Assembly (NCBI GenBank): GCA_963845185.1
Contig: CAWJRG010000001.1
Coordinates: forward strand, 64,001-128,000
Source of the DNA: an uncultured bacterium
GTDB lineage: Bacteria > Oederibacteriota > PGYV01 > CAWJRG01
DNA: 64,000 bases
Reading direction: 5' to 3'
The notes under the pieces are model-generated. The model searched no databases. It saw nothing but the letters and a program-made list of their open reading frames with translations, and was not told the origin of the DNA. The translations under genes and the position numbers were made by a program. The first letter of the stretch is position 1; every line of letters starts with the position of its first letter. Positions 19,974 through 30,260 of this stretch are shown piece by piece.

Positions 19974-20807
19974 TTATTTTTGAATCATTTTTGAATAAAC
20001 TCTTTTTACACAATCATATGCTTCTTTTATTCCGAGTTCCCCTGCAGCGTTATAATCCTTTATAGCATCTTGATTTTTTCCCATTTTTTCTTCAACTAAC
20101 GCACGGTTATAATACGCATCTGCGTCTTTGGGATTGAGTTCTATTGCCTTGCTGTAATCTTTAATTGCGCTCGAATGGTTTCCCGAATCGTCCTCAGCAT
20201 TTCCCCGGTTAATATAAGCAATAATTAATTTAGGATTAAGTTCTATTGTTTTACTAAAATCCTTAATAGTTGCATCATAGTCTTTAAGAGAGTATTCTGC
20301 AAGGCCACGATCATAATAAGATGTTTCATTTTTCGGGTCAAATTCAATGGCTTTGTCAAAATCCTTAATCGCGCCGGTATAGTCACCAATAGTATATTTC
20401 ACAGTTCCCCTGTTATTATAAACCTTTGCATATTTGGGATTAATAGCAATAGCTTTGTCAAAATCTTTAATCGCGCCTGCATGGTTGCCGAGACTATTTT
20501 TTGCTGTTCCCCGGTTAAAGTAAGCTTCAGCAAGTTTTGGGTCAAGTTCTATTGCTTTAGTATAATCCTTTATTGCACCATTAAAGTCTCCAAGATACGT
20601 CTTGGCAAGACCGCGATTATTATATGAACCTGCAAATTTAGGATTGAGTTCTATAGCTTTATCATAATCTTTAATGGCACCATTAAAGTCGCCATTTTTG
20701 ACTTTTGATTGCCCGCTATTATAAGGCGATTCCGCTTTGTTATCTCGAGAATAAATTTTTACAACTAATAATATAAAACATATAAAAAAACAAAATTTCC
20801 TTTTCAT
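19974..20807 (-). CDS. Secreted TPR-repeat protein
   Basis: Signal peptide plus about seven 34-aa repeats (GAIKDYDKAIELNPK..YNNRG). Confidence 0.92.
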   Translation of the reverse strand: MKRKFCFFICFILLVVKIYSRDNKAESPYNSGQSKVKNGDFNGAIKDYDKAIELNPKFAGSYNNRGLAKTYLGDFNGAIKDYTKAIELDPKLAEAYFNRGTAKNSLGNHAGAIKDFDKAIAINPKYAKVYNNRGTVKYTIGDYTGAIKDFDKAIEFDPKNETSYYDRGLAEYSLKDYDATIKDFSKTIELNPKLIIAYINRGNAEDDSGNHSSAIKDYSKAIELNPKDADAYYNRALVEEKMGKNQDAIKDYNAAGELGIKEAYDCVKRVYSKMIQK

Positions 20808-20844
20808 TTAGGTACTCCTTTCATTTCAGTTTTCTACACTTATT

Positions 20845-23187
20845 TTATTTCAATCCTTCTGCCTGTTCTATCTGATTGTATAAATTTTCAAGTCGTGGAT
20901 CATTACCAAATATTTGCATTGCTTCTCTTAAAGTATTCAATGCCTTGCCGGCTTGTCCCAATTTATAATATGTATAAGCGATATATGAGTAAATCGCAGC
21001 GTTCTTATCCCGTTCTTTTGCTTTTTGAAAATATTTTAGAGCTTCGTTAAAATTGTTTGTTTGAAAATTATATACACCTATATTTTTGTATATATCTACT
21101 GTTCTATAATAATTTTTATTCAAAAGGAATTCATAAATGTCCATAGCATTATCATATTCTCCTTTGGATAATAAACTTGTTGCCTGGTTAAACATGACCT
21201 CGTATTGAGTTGTTGCATCGCCATTTCTTATTGCGTTAATGTATGTTTGAAGTAATTCTTTTTTATCACTACCGTATTGTACTGCCTTTTCAAACATTTC
21301 TTCTGCCATAGGCAAAATTTTTTCATTGTAATAAATCATACCCAGTGCCGCGTATGCTTGCCAGTCGTCATTTTTCATCGCTATGGATTTTTTCAGGCAT
21401 TTCATTGATTCTCCTTCATAGCCCATTTCGTTATATCCCCAAGCTATATTAAAATACATGTGCTCTTCATCGCTTTTTTCTGCATATATAAGAGCTTTAT
21501 CATATAGTTTCTTCGCCTCAATGAAATTCTTTTCTTTTAAAAAATCCTTTGCCTGCATTGCCATCCTTTCGCCATACAATGACGCAATCAACTTATCATA
21601 ATAACTTTTCACATCATAAATATTCCTGTATGAATAAATTTTAAAAATATACGATGGCATGTGATCTTTTTCAACTGATACTTTATAAAGCAATCCTTTT
21701 GCTTTTAAAACGTAGTTTGAATTACTTCCCAAAATGTCGTTTGGATAACTGAAATAAAAATTGCCTTTAGATATAAAATTAATAATAATATTGCGTGTGT
21801 TATTCGTAAGCTCATGTTCTTTTAAATTAGAATATCCATATTTTTTTATAAAATCTTTTATTCCCCATTTAGTCTGTAAAGAATTAAAATTTACATAATT
21901 AAAATCGTTTCCACGATGTTCTATGTTCCGATAATATCCAAGTGGAATTTCATAAAAATCACTCGCAGGAATATATAAACTACCCGGATCAATTGTTTTA
22001 ATTTCATTACTTCCAAAATCATATGAAAGATAATTATATCTTTCATCATTTATTTTAAAATGCAAAAACAAGACATATAATAATATTACTATTAGAATTC
22101 CCAAAAAAATATTTTTGTGGATTTTTTTAATGAATACACCGGCTACAGTATATATTCCGTTTATTGAAAAACTCGCCAATAAATACAGAGAAGGCATTAA
22201 AAAAGTGCCTACTGACCATTCAAATTGCTCGGTCAAATGTACGGAAAAAGTTACTATAAACAGATTCAATGCTAATATGCTCAAATAAAGAAATGAAATT
22301 TCCTTTTTTACCCGTCGTAGTGAATAAAACCCAAAAATAGCAAATATCAAAAATAAGTATATATTTATAAAAAATAAATTCAGCATTTCTTTTATATGAT
22401 AATTCTTGACATGTATAGTCGGAAAACCGGCATGCCCATAATCACGCAAGAAAATCATCCGGAACAAATTCTCTAAATTATCAGGTTTAATCATAAGGAC
22501 AAAAATATTTTCAGTTCTAGATCTTATCAGAAGATAAAGGTATACGCTCAAACCTACAAATAAAAACAACAAACAAATAATGTAATTTTGTAAATTTAAT
22601 TTTTCCCTGTATTTATAAAAAAAATAACTAAGAAAAGGTAAAAAAATTATGACACTTGGCCAGTGATTTGTAAGCGAAAGTCCAAAAATATAGATTATAA
22701 AGTATAAATATTTAATATCGAAAGCATCTAACAAACGCAAACTTAGAAACATTAAAGCAGATAAGAATAAAAGGTTTAAAATATATATTCCGCCTTTTGC
22801 CTCAATTGCCTGGTTCCAGTACATATAGGAAGACGCAAGAAGAAAAACACCTAAAAAATTAATAATTTTGTTCTCATAATTAAAAATTTTAAAAATAATA
22901 CTTTTAGTAAGATAATAAAACAATAACAGCACTATTATAGCAAGAAATATGGCAAATAAATTCACCCTAAAAGCGGGAGAGCCAAGCGGCAAATACGAAA
23001 ATACTTTTCCCACAATTGTATAAAGCGGGTATCCGGGAGGATGGCTTATTCCGAGTGTATATGCGGATGTTATTGTTTCAGCCGAGTCGTCACTTTTAAA
23101 TGCCGGAAACGTTGTATAAAGATACAATTGATATATAGCAATTAAACATACTAATAATATTATAAAGTCTTTGTATTTTTTAAGCAC
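20845..23187 (-). CDS. DUF2723 / TMEM260-like GT-C glycosyltransferase with TPRs (paralog 2)
   Basis: DDSAETITSAYTLGISHPPGYPLY, WNQAIEAKGGIYILN, TM helices, C-terminal TPRs. Confidence 0.85.
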   Translation of the reverse strand: MLKKYKDFIILLVCLIAIYQLYLYTTFPAFKSDDSAETITSAYTLGISHPPGYPLYTIVGKVFSYLPLGSPAFRVNLFAIFLAIIVLLLFYYLTKSIIFKIFNYENKIINFLGVFLLASSYMYWNQAIEAKGGIYILNLLFLSALMFLSLRLLDAFDIKYLYFIIYIFGLSLTNHWPSVIIFLPFLSYFFYKYREKLNLQNYIICLLFLFVGLSVYLYLLIRSRTENIFVLMIKPDNLENLFRMIFLRDYGHAGFPTIHVKNYHIKEMLNLFFINIYLFLIFAIFGFYSLRRVKKEISFLYLSILALNLFIVTFSVHLTEQFEWSVGTFLMPSLYLLASFSINGIYTVAGVFIKKIHKNIFLGILIVILLYVLFLHFKINDERYNYLSYDFGSNEIKTIDPGSLYIPASDFYEIPLGYYRNIEHRGNDFNYVNFNSLQTKWGIKDFIKKYGYSNLKEHELTNNTRNIIINFISKGNFYFSYPNDILGSNSNYVLKAKGLLYKVSVEKDHMPSYIFKIYSYRNIYDVKSYYDKLIASLYGERMAMQAKDFLKEKNFIEAKKLYDKALIYAEKSDEEHMYFNIAWGYNEMGYEGESMKCLKKSIAMKNDDWQAYAALGMIYYNEKILPMAEEMFEKAVQYGSDKKELLQTYINAIRNGDATTQYEVMFNQATSLLSKGEYDNAMDIYEFLLNKNYYRTVDIYKNIGVYNFQTNNFNEALKYFQKAKERDKNAAIYSYIAYTYYKLGQAGKALNTLREAMQIFGNDPRLENLYNQIEQAEGLK

Positions 23188-23292
23188 TTGTCACCTTTTT
23201 AATTGTTCTTATATGGTACTACCTTTAACTTATCACAAATAAAGAGCCATTTCATTAAAAATTTTAGTAGTTATTTGCTGCTGAATATTAAT

Positions 23293-23324
23293 AGAAAGAG
23301 CGGATTTTTGAATCCGCTCTTTCT
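23293..23324 (-). terminator. Hairpin, probable terminator
   Basis: AGAAAGAGCGGATT-TTTG-AATCCGCTCTTTCT. Confidence 0.65.
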
Positions 23325-23446
23325 CGAAAAAACTAACATTATGTGTTATAAACTTATATTATTTAAAAACCTTATGATGTTTTTCTGTGTTTCATCTTTT
23401 ACTTACCATTTATATCTATCGTTATTATTATTTTGCTATTACTTCG

Positions 23447-23767
23447 TTACTGGTGTCTTTGCATAACTGGCGATACGACAGTTGCAACTTTTTTTAGCCT
23501 TTGGGCTTTTTTGGCTTTTAAAGAAGCTTCTAACATTTCTTTTGGTGATACTGCTGTATTTTCCATAGCTGCCGTTTTCATTGCTGGTGTCGTTGCCGCA
23601 ACAGGCGATGAAATAGCTACAACTGTTTTCGGCCTTTTCGCCTTTTTGGCTTTTAGCATGACTATTTTTTCCAATGCTGTTCCCGTTGTATTTCCCGGGG
23701 CTGTCGTTGCAGCGAAAATCGATACTGCAAACAGCAAAGCTGCCGCTGTTACGATTAACTTTCTCAT
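23447..23767 (-). CDS. Small secreted basic protein with an internal duplication
   Basis: AGGAGG RBS, signal peptide, LKAKKA..SPV motif twice. Confidence 0.7.
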   Translation of the reverse strand: MRKLIVTAAALLFAVSIFAATTAPGNTTGTALEKIVMLKAKKAKRPKTVVAISSPVAATTPAMKTAAMENTAVSPKEMLEASLKAKKAQRLKKVATVVSPVMQRHQ

Positions 23768-23792
23768 GATATTACCTCCTGAATTTTATATG

Positions 23793-26700
23793 TCACTTTA
23801 TGACCGCTATTTTTTTCCTTACAACCTTTCCTTCCGCCTGAATCGTGAGTAAATATACGCCGTTTGCCACTTCAACGCCAGCGTCATTCCGCAAATTCCA
23901 TATAACATAGTTTACTCCTCTGTTAACCGAAGCTGCATTTAAACTCTTGCCCCATACCTTACGGCCGTTTATGTCATATATCCCGATATTGACGTCCGTA
24001 GGCGCGGATAATGAGAATCTTATAGTTGTCGGGCCATTGCACGGATTCGGGAAATTATACGTATTGTTTGCCGACATTGCCTCCGGCGTAGGCGTAGTTA
24101 CATTTTTTACTATACTATTAGCCTTTGCTGCCTTGATGACATTACCTGTCACCCCTGGACAGTTATATTCCATTACTGAAGCTCCTAAATAAGAAGTTGA
24201 AAAATCCTGAAATGCCACATAAGGCGTTCCGTTAGAAATATATAAGGATGGATAGTCGACCTGCTCTGACGTGAAATCCTGACTTCCTACGTAATACCAA
24301 CCAAATACACTATTTTCCGTTGTATATTCTTCTACTGAGAGTTTTTCTGCTCCAACTGCTGAATCATCCACATAAGCCACATATGGAGTTCCGTTAGAGA
24401 TATATAAAGATTCTCCGTATGCATTCCCTGGCGAGAACCCTTCATTTCCTACATAGTACCAACCAAGTACACTATTTTCCGTAGTGTATTCTTCTACTGT
24501 TGCTGGACCGTTGCTACCATCTTCATACGCCAGATACGGTATGACAGTTGTTCCGTTATTATAGACATACAAAGATTCAGAGTATGCCGCACTTGCCGAG
24601 AACGCAGCTTTTCCTACTGTGTACCAGCCAAGTACACTATTTTGTGTAGTATATTCCATCACTGTCGCGCCAGACGAATTCTGAACATCCTGATATGCTA
24701 CATACGGTATCCCGTTAGAAACATATAAAGATTCATAATATGCAGCACCTGCCGAGAATCCCTCGGTTCCTACGTAATTCCAGCCAAGTACACCATCTAC
24801 CGTAGTATAGTTCATCACGGTTGCTGCACCATTTTTATTACTATCCGAGAATGCCACATACGGTATAGGCGTTGCTGTGCTATCATCTATAAATAGGGAC
24901 ACATCCTGTGCTGACCAAATCGAGAACCCTTCATTTCCTACGTAGTACCAACCAAGTCCGTTTTTTCCCGTATAATATTCCATTACTGTTACCGCACCGT
25001 TTTTATTACTATCCGAAAACGCCACATATGGATTCCCCGAGCTATTATCTATAAATAGAGATGTATAGGATGCCGCACCTGGTGAGAATCCTTCGTTTCC
25101 TACGAAGTACCATCCCAGTGTATCACCTATCATAGTATATTCCATTACTGTTGCTGCCTGGCTTTTATTATAATCCGAAAATGCCACATAGGGCGTATCT
25201 CCATAAAAATATAAAGATTCATATGTTGCCTGCTGCACACCTCCAGAGAACCCCTGCGTACCCACATTCTGCCAGCTCATGGCGCATGTCGCCGTACTTG
25301 TCGGTGTTCCAGTATATGTCGGCGTTGCTGTCGGCGTCCATGTCGGTGTGAATGTGCGTGTAGATGTTGGCGGCAATGATTTGGTTGAAGTGACTGTATA
25401 TGTTACGCTTCTTGTTTTTGTCGGTGTATTTGTAGGCGTCCATGTCGGCGTATTTGTCCGTGTTGCTGTGCGTGTACCTGTCTTTGTTGCTGTAGGTGTA
25501 GCCGTATATGTCACGCTTCTTGTTTTTGTCGGCGTATTAGTCGGTGTATAAGTGTGTGATACTGTGGCTGTTCGCGTGCCTGTTTTTGTAATTGTCGGCG
25601 TGAATGTACGTGATACTGTAACTGTTCGCGTGCTAGTTCTTGTGTTTGTTGGTGTCCATGTAGGCGTGTTTGTACGTGTTGCTGTCTGAGTAAATGTGTA
25701 AGTGGCAGTTATGGTATATGTGAATGTCGGCGTCTGTGTGATGGTATTTGTCGCACTTGGGCATTTACCGAATTCCTGGATTCTGTCATTACCAGTATCT
25801 GCAACGTAGATGTCTCCGCTGCTGTTTGCTGCCATTCCCCACGAATCATTAAACTGCCCGTTATTGCTCCCGGGAGTACCCCATTGCGTTATAAAGCACC
25901 CTACATTGTTAAATTCTTCGATTCTATTATTGTTCCTGTCGTCAACATAAACGTTTCCGCTGCCGTCTACTGCCAATTCAAAAGGACCGTTAAACTGACC
26001 ATTGCCGCTTCCCATATTACCCCATTGCAGTATGTATGCGCCTGTATTGCTGAATTTTTCGATTCTGCTATTACCAGTATCTAAAACATAAATGTTTTCG
26101 TTGCTGTCTATTGCGATTCCTTCGGGACTATTAAACTGCCCGTTGCCGGTTCCATTACTGCCCCATTGTGTTACATATATGCCTGTACTGGTGAATCTTT
26201 GGATATTTTGAATCCCATTATCTGCAACAAAAACGTCTCCATTACTGCTTCCACCGCTATTGTCTACTGCCAGTTCCCAAGGATACACAAACTGCCCGTT
26301 GCCGCTTCCATAACTACCCCATTGTAGTATGTAATTACCTAAGCTGTCAAATTTTTGAATCCTAAAATTACCCTGGTCCGCAACATACACATTGCCACTG
26401 CTGTCTACTGCCACTCCAATAGGACTAGAAAACTGCCCAGTGCCATTACCTCCACTACCCCATTGCAGTATGAAATTACCTGAGCTATCAAACTTTTGGA
26501 TATTATTATTAGTATAATCTGAAACATATACGTTCCCGTTGTTATCAACAGCTATTCCAAAAGGATTATTAAACTGGCCGTTGCCGGTTCCGGGAGTGCC
26601 CCATGCTGTAATAAAACACGGAGTCGGTTCCGGTGATGCTATGCAAATAGTAGCCGTTGGTGTATATGTCGGCGTCGGTGTACTGGTATAGGTTGGGCTA

Positions 26701-29700
26701 GCGCATGTACCGAATTTTTCGACTCTGCTGTTATTCGTGTCCGCGACATAAACATCCCCGCTGCTGTCTGTCGCCACTCCAAAAGGCATATTAAACAGCG
26801 CACTGCTGCCCAATTGCATTATATAGCATCCCGCGCTGTTGAATTCCTGGATTCTGTTATTATCCGTATCCGCAACATAAACATCCCCGCTACTGTCTAC
26901 GGTTATTCCATAAGGATTCTCAAACATTCCTGCGCCATTTCCAGCATAACCCCATTGTTCCAGAAGTGTTGTTCCCGTACTGTTAAATTCTTCAATTCTG
27001 TCATTACCGTAGTCTATGACATAAACATCTCCGCTGCCGTTTACTGCAACTCCCGAAGGGCCATTTAACAGCCCATTCATGGTTCCGGAACCATTCCATT
27101 GCCTTATATATCCTCCCGAATTATTGAATTCTATGATTCTATTATTACCATAGTCCGCGACATACACTCCGTTGCTGTCTACTGCTATTCCAAAAGGAAA
27201 ATTAAAGTTCCCGTTGCCGCTTCCGGAACTGCCCCATTGCGCTAAAAGTGTCGTCCCCGAGCTGTTGAATTTTTCGATTCTGTTATTCAACATGTCTACA
27301 ACATAAACGTTCCCGCTGCTGTCTAAGGCTATTCCAGCAGGACCATCAAACTGCCCGTTGCCGCTCCCGGTACTACCCCATTGTGCCAAAAGGGTTCCTG
27401 ACGAGTCTAATTCATCAACTACGTCATTGCCAAAGTCTGCAAAATATACGTCCTCGCTGCTGTTTACTGCTATTCCCCATGGACTTTCAAACAGCCCATT
27501 ATCAATCCCTCCACTACCCCATGTTGAAAGTAAACACGGGGTCGGTTCCGGTGATGCTATACAAATAGTAGCCGTCGAAGTATATGTCGGCGTAATTGTC
27601 ATTGTGCTCGTTGGCTGTGTGCTTGTACATGTCGGTGTCTGTGTGAACGTGTATGTCCCTGTTGATGTAAATGTTACATCCAGAGTATTGGTCGGTGTGG
27701 TGCAGGCACATGTGTTTTTAAACTTGTATATCGTCATGCCAGGCCCCGCGACGAATATGCTTTGCGTTGAATTTTCAAGCGCCATGCACTCTGTGTAATT
27801 TCCGGTATTAACACTGCCGCCGTTGAACGTAGTGTCAGGGTAGCCATTCCCCAAAAAGGCCCAAAGTCCCCCGTTAGGGCCGCTAGGACATCCATATCCT
27901 TGTACTATTATTCTGTTGCAATAATCAAATCCCACTGTCCACGCCAAGGAAGGTCCATAAACAAAATTATTATCTACATAGAATCCATTTCCGTTAAAAC
28001 TCAAGTCCGGGTTTCCTGTGCTGCTGCTTAATCTCCCGACAAACATTGCCTCTTCTATGGCACTGCTTGTAATGCCCGTTATAACTATATTCCCAGAGCT
28101 GTCTATTTTTATATCATATCCTCCTACAGAACTAGGGTTTAGTCCACCCGATGCAGAAGACATTGTTCCCGGTATCGGGTAATAAATCCCCGCTCCGCCG
28201 AGACTGCCAAAAGTACCTACAGGAATACCAGATGAATTTAATTTCCATACAACTACTTCAGGGCCTGCACCTGCCGGATATTCGGCACCGGCAACATAAA
28301 CATTGTCCGAACTATCTAATGTAATGCCCCAACCAACAGAATTTGATGTTAATGTATCAATATAATAGCCTGTCTGGCTACCAGGGCTGCCCGAACCGAA
28401 ATTTTGGTCAAGAGTCCCATCTGGCAGATATCTTGCGACAAACATGGTTGAATTGCTATAATTTGAAATGCTAAACCCTGTAACATATATCCTATTGGAA
28501 GAATCTACCACAACTTTCCACGCAATACTTACACCGTTACCCGTAAATAATTGAACATAACCCGTGCCTGCAAAAGTTGTATCAAGGCTTCCATCCTGGT
28601 TATATCGCCACACCATAGCAGACCCTGTACCCCCCCCAAAGTATGGGTTGGCACATCCATATCCAGACGCAACAATTTTATCCTGATAATTCCCGCCAAC
28701 TAGCATCCTGCTTATTGCTACACCATATGCCCATGTAGTTGTATTAGGCAAGGTACTAAAAACCGTAAATCCCTGACCGCCATAATTAAGGTCCAAAGTC
28801 CCGTTGGGAGTATATCTCCATATTACCATGTAATTTAAAAAATTTATATCGTTATAACTTTCACCAACTGTTATAACATTATTACTTGAGTCAAGCGCGA
28901 TGCCATATGCAAAGTCATTTCCATATGGGGTGCCTGCTGAATAATTCTTGGTCACCTGGCCTGTGCCGCCAAAACTTTTGTCAGGGACTACACATGTTGA
29001 GCTGACAAGCGGCCCCATAGACATGGGTCCGGCACCACCTCCCGGAGCAGTACCCAAAATTGGAACCCCGCTTAAATATGCTGGTATTTGGGTATTATTG
29101 ACAAAATCCGTCGTATTAATATAGCTCCAGTCATTTGACTGGTTATAATCGCTCCAGTCGCTCTTATGGACGTTGACTTGCACCTCTATGTATTGTCCCG
29201 GCAAAAGAAAACCGGTTTGTATATCAAAACTGATTTCTATGAATGAATCCTGGGTGCCTTGTGTTTGCTTGACAATGTATGCTCTGGTGTGTCCCGAAAT
29301 ATCAGTTCCCTGCGGCATTATTTTTGATGATACCATCTGCAGGATTTCAGGCTGGCTTGACCCCTCATCTTTCCAGTAACGTATTTCGGTCATGCCAATC
29401 AGCATTGGCGCATAGTAGTAGTTATAAAGCCTGATTATGGGATTTATTACATTCGGCATTATTGCGGCTGGCCTGTAAGTTAAATTCAAAGCGGATGGCG
29501 GCGGGGTTGGTGTTGTTGTCGGAGTACTCGTCAATGTTGAAGTGGCTGTGGCTGTTACCAGAAATATCTGTACCGTTTCATTGCCGCTGTTGTCCCCGCA
29601 ATAACCGCCGTAAACATCATCCGTGGTAAAATATAAATAATTTTTTGTTGCCGTTATTACCACCGGATTATATGGCTGATAAAAACCGAGAATTTGCGCG

Positions 29701-30260
29701 TCGCTGCAGTTATAAAATACCGGGCCGTTATTATATGCGCCGTACCCTACTGTCGAATATGAACTGGTAAGGTTTGTGCCGTTTGTATCCGCTGCCTGCC
29801 TTATCCTCAGCCGTGTTCCATACAAATTATTGTCTGTGTTGTCGGTTCCGTACGATATGCACCCGCTCAACAGGTTCACTTCGTATAAATTTCCCGGTGT
29901 CACCTGCACCTGGACCGCCGCTGCTGCCTCTGTAACGGGATAAGGCTCTTGGGGACAATTTAAAAGGCCATTCACTGTTATAGTTTGGCCAGAACCTGAC
30001 TGCATGGAAGACATGCTGCTCCCTGTAGTCTGGGCCTGTGCGGCCGTATTTACGGTAAGACTGCTCGAACCGGATGATTGTATTATTTGGGGCGTCGGTC
30101 CTGGCGGTACAGGCGTAGGCTGGCCTGCATATAATATTGAATTTAAAATGAAAAATAACAAAATAACAAAATAAGAAATTTTTTTCGATTTATTTGATTG
30201 TTCCCTTGCCCTCGCATCCATAAAGCACCCCTTTTCATGTTTTTTATTTTTATAGTTCAT
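23793..30260 (-). CDS. Giant multidomain surface protein: CBM3, delta-60-like propeller, two NHL propellers, Thr stalk, third propeller, T9SS-CTD/FlgD-like tail
   Basis: CBM3-like EIRYW..IEISF..VHKSDWSDYNQSNDWSY; DGSLDTTF repeats; FNNPFGIAVDSSGNVYVAD repeats; YNFPNP..IYDINGRKV..ANGVYL..KKIAVIK. Start may be ATG 30221. Confidence 0.9.
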   Translation of the reverse strand: MNYKNKKHEKGCFMDARAREQSNKSKKISYFVILLFFILNSILYAGQPTPVPPGPTPQIIQSSGSSSLTVNTAAQAQTTGSSMSSMQSGSGQTITVNGLLNCPQEPYPVTEAAAAVQVQVTPGNLYEVNLLSGCISYGTDNTDNNLYGTRLRIRQAADTNGTNLTSSYSTVGYGAYNNGPVFYNCSDAQILGFYQPYNPVVITATKNYLYFTTDDVYGGYCGDNSGNETVQIFLVTATATSTLTSTPTTTPTPPPSALNLTYRPAAIMPNVINPIIRLYNYYYAPMLIGMTEIRYWKDEGSSQPEILQMVSSKIMPQGTDISGHTRAYIVKQTQGTQDSFIEISFDIQTGFLLPGQYIEVQVNVHKSDWSDYNQSNDWSYINTTDFVNNTQIPAYLSGVPILGTAPGGGAGPMSMGPLVSSTCVVPDKSFGGTGQVTKNYSAGTPYGNDFAYGIALDSSNNVITVGESYNDINFLNYMVIWRYTPNGTLDLNYGGQGFTVFSTLPNTTTWAYGVAISRMLVGGNYQDKIVASGYGCANPYFGGGTGSAMVWRYNQDGSLDTTFAGTGYVQLFTGNGVSIAWKVVVDSSNRIYVTGFSISNYSNSTMFVARYLPDGTLDQNFGSGSPGSQTGYYIDTLTSNSVGWGITLDSSDNVYVAGAEYPAGAGPEVVVWKLNSSGIPVGTFGSLGGAGIYYPIPGTMSSASGGLNPSSVGGYDIKIDSSGNIVITGITSSAIEEAMFVGRLSSSTGNPDLSFNGNGFYVDNNFVYGPSLAWTVGFDYCNRIIVQGYGCPSGPNGGLWAFLGNGYPDTTFNGGSVNTGNYTECMALENSTQSIFVAGPGMTIYKFKNTCACTTPTNTLDVTFTSTGTYTFTQTPTCTSTQPTSTMTITPTYTSTATICIASPEPTPCLLSTWGSGGIDNGLFESPWGIAVNSSEDVYFADFGNDVVDELDSSGTLLAQWGSTGSGNGQFDGPAGIALDSSGNVYVVDMLNNRIEKFNSSGTTLLAQWGSSGSGNGNFNFPFGIAVDSNGVYVADYGNNRIIEFNNSGGYIRQWNGSGTMNGLLNGPSGVAVNGSGDVYVIDYGNDRIEEFNSTGTTLLEQWGYAGNGAGMFENPYGITVDSSGDVYVADTDNNRIQEFNSAGCYIMQLGSSALFNMPFGVATDSSGDVYVADTNNSRVEKFGTCASPTYTSTPTPTYTPTATICIASPEPTPCFITAWGTPGTGNGQFNNPFGIAVDNNGNVYVSDYTNNNIQKFDSSGNFILQWGSGGNGTGQFSSPIGVAVDSSGNVYVADQGNFRIQKFDSLGNYILQWGSYGSGNGQFVYPWELAVDNSGGSSNGDVFVADNGIQNIQRFTSTGIYVTQWGSNGTGNGQFNSPEGIAIDSNENIYVLDTGNSRIEKFSNTGAYILQWGNMGSGNGQFNGPFELAVDGSGNVYVDDRNNNRIEEFNNVGCFITQWGTPGSNNGQFNDSWGMAANSSGDIYVADTGNDRIQEFGKCPSATNTITQTPTFTYTITATYTFTQTATRTNTPTWTPTNTRTSTRTVTVSRTFTPTITKTGTRTATVSHTYTPTNTPTKTRSVTYTATPTATKTGTRTATRTNTPTWTPTNTPTKTRSVTYTVTSTKSLPPTSTRTFTPTWTPTATPTYTGTPTSTATCAMSWQNVGTQGFSGGVQQATYESLYFYGDTPYVAFSDYNKSQAATVMEYTMIGDTLGWYFVGNEGFSPGAASYTSLFIDNSSGNPYVAFSDSNKNGAVTVMEYYTGKNGLGWYYVGNEGFSIWSAQDVSLFIDDSTATPIPYVAFSDSNKNGAATVMNYTTVDGVLGWNYVGTEGFSAGAAYYESLYVSNGIPYVAYQDVQNSSGATVMEYTTQNSVLGWYTVGKAAFSASAAYSESLYVYNNGTTVIPYLAYEDGSNGPATVEEYTTENSVLGWYYVGNEGFSPGNAYGESLYISNGTPYVAYVDDSAVGAEKLSVEEYTTENSVFGWYYVGSQDFTSEQVDYPSLYISNGTPYVAFQDFSTSYLGASVMEYNCPGVTGNVIKAAKANSIVKNVTTPTPEAMSANNTYNFPNPCNGPTTIRFSLSAPTDVNIGIYDINGRKVWGKSLNAASVNRGVNYVIWNLRNDAGVEVANGVYLLTIQAEGKVVRKKIAVIK

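Noticed and set aside
5759..23187. Diversity-generating retroelement or retron explanation for the paralogous repeats
   Set aside because: No reverse transcriptase in the window and no adenine-specific template/variable repeat pair seen
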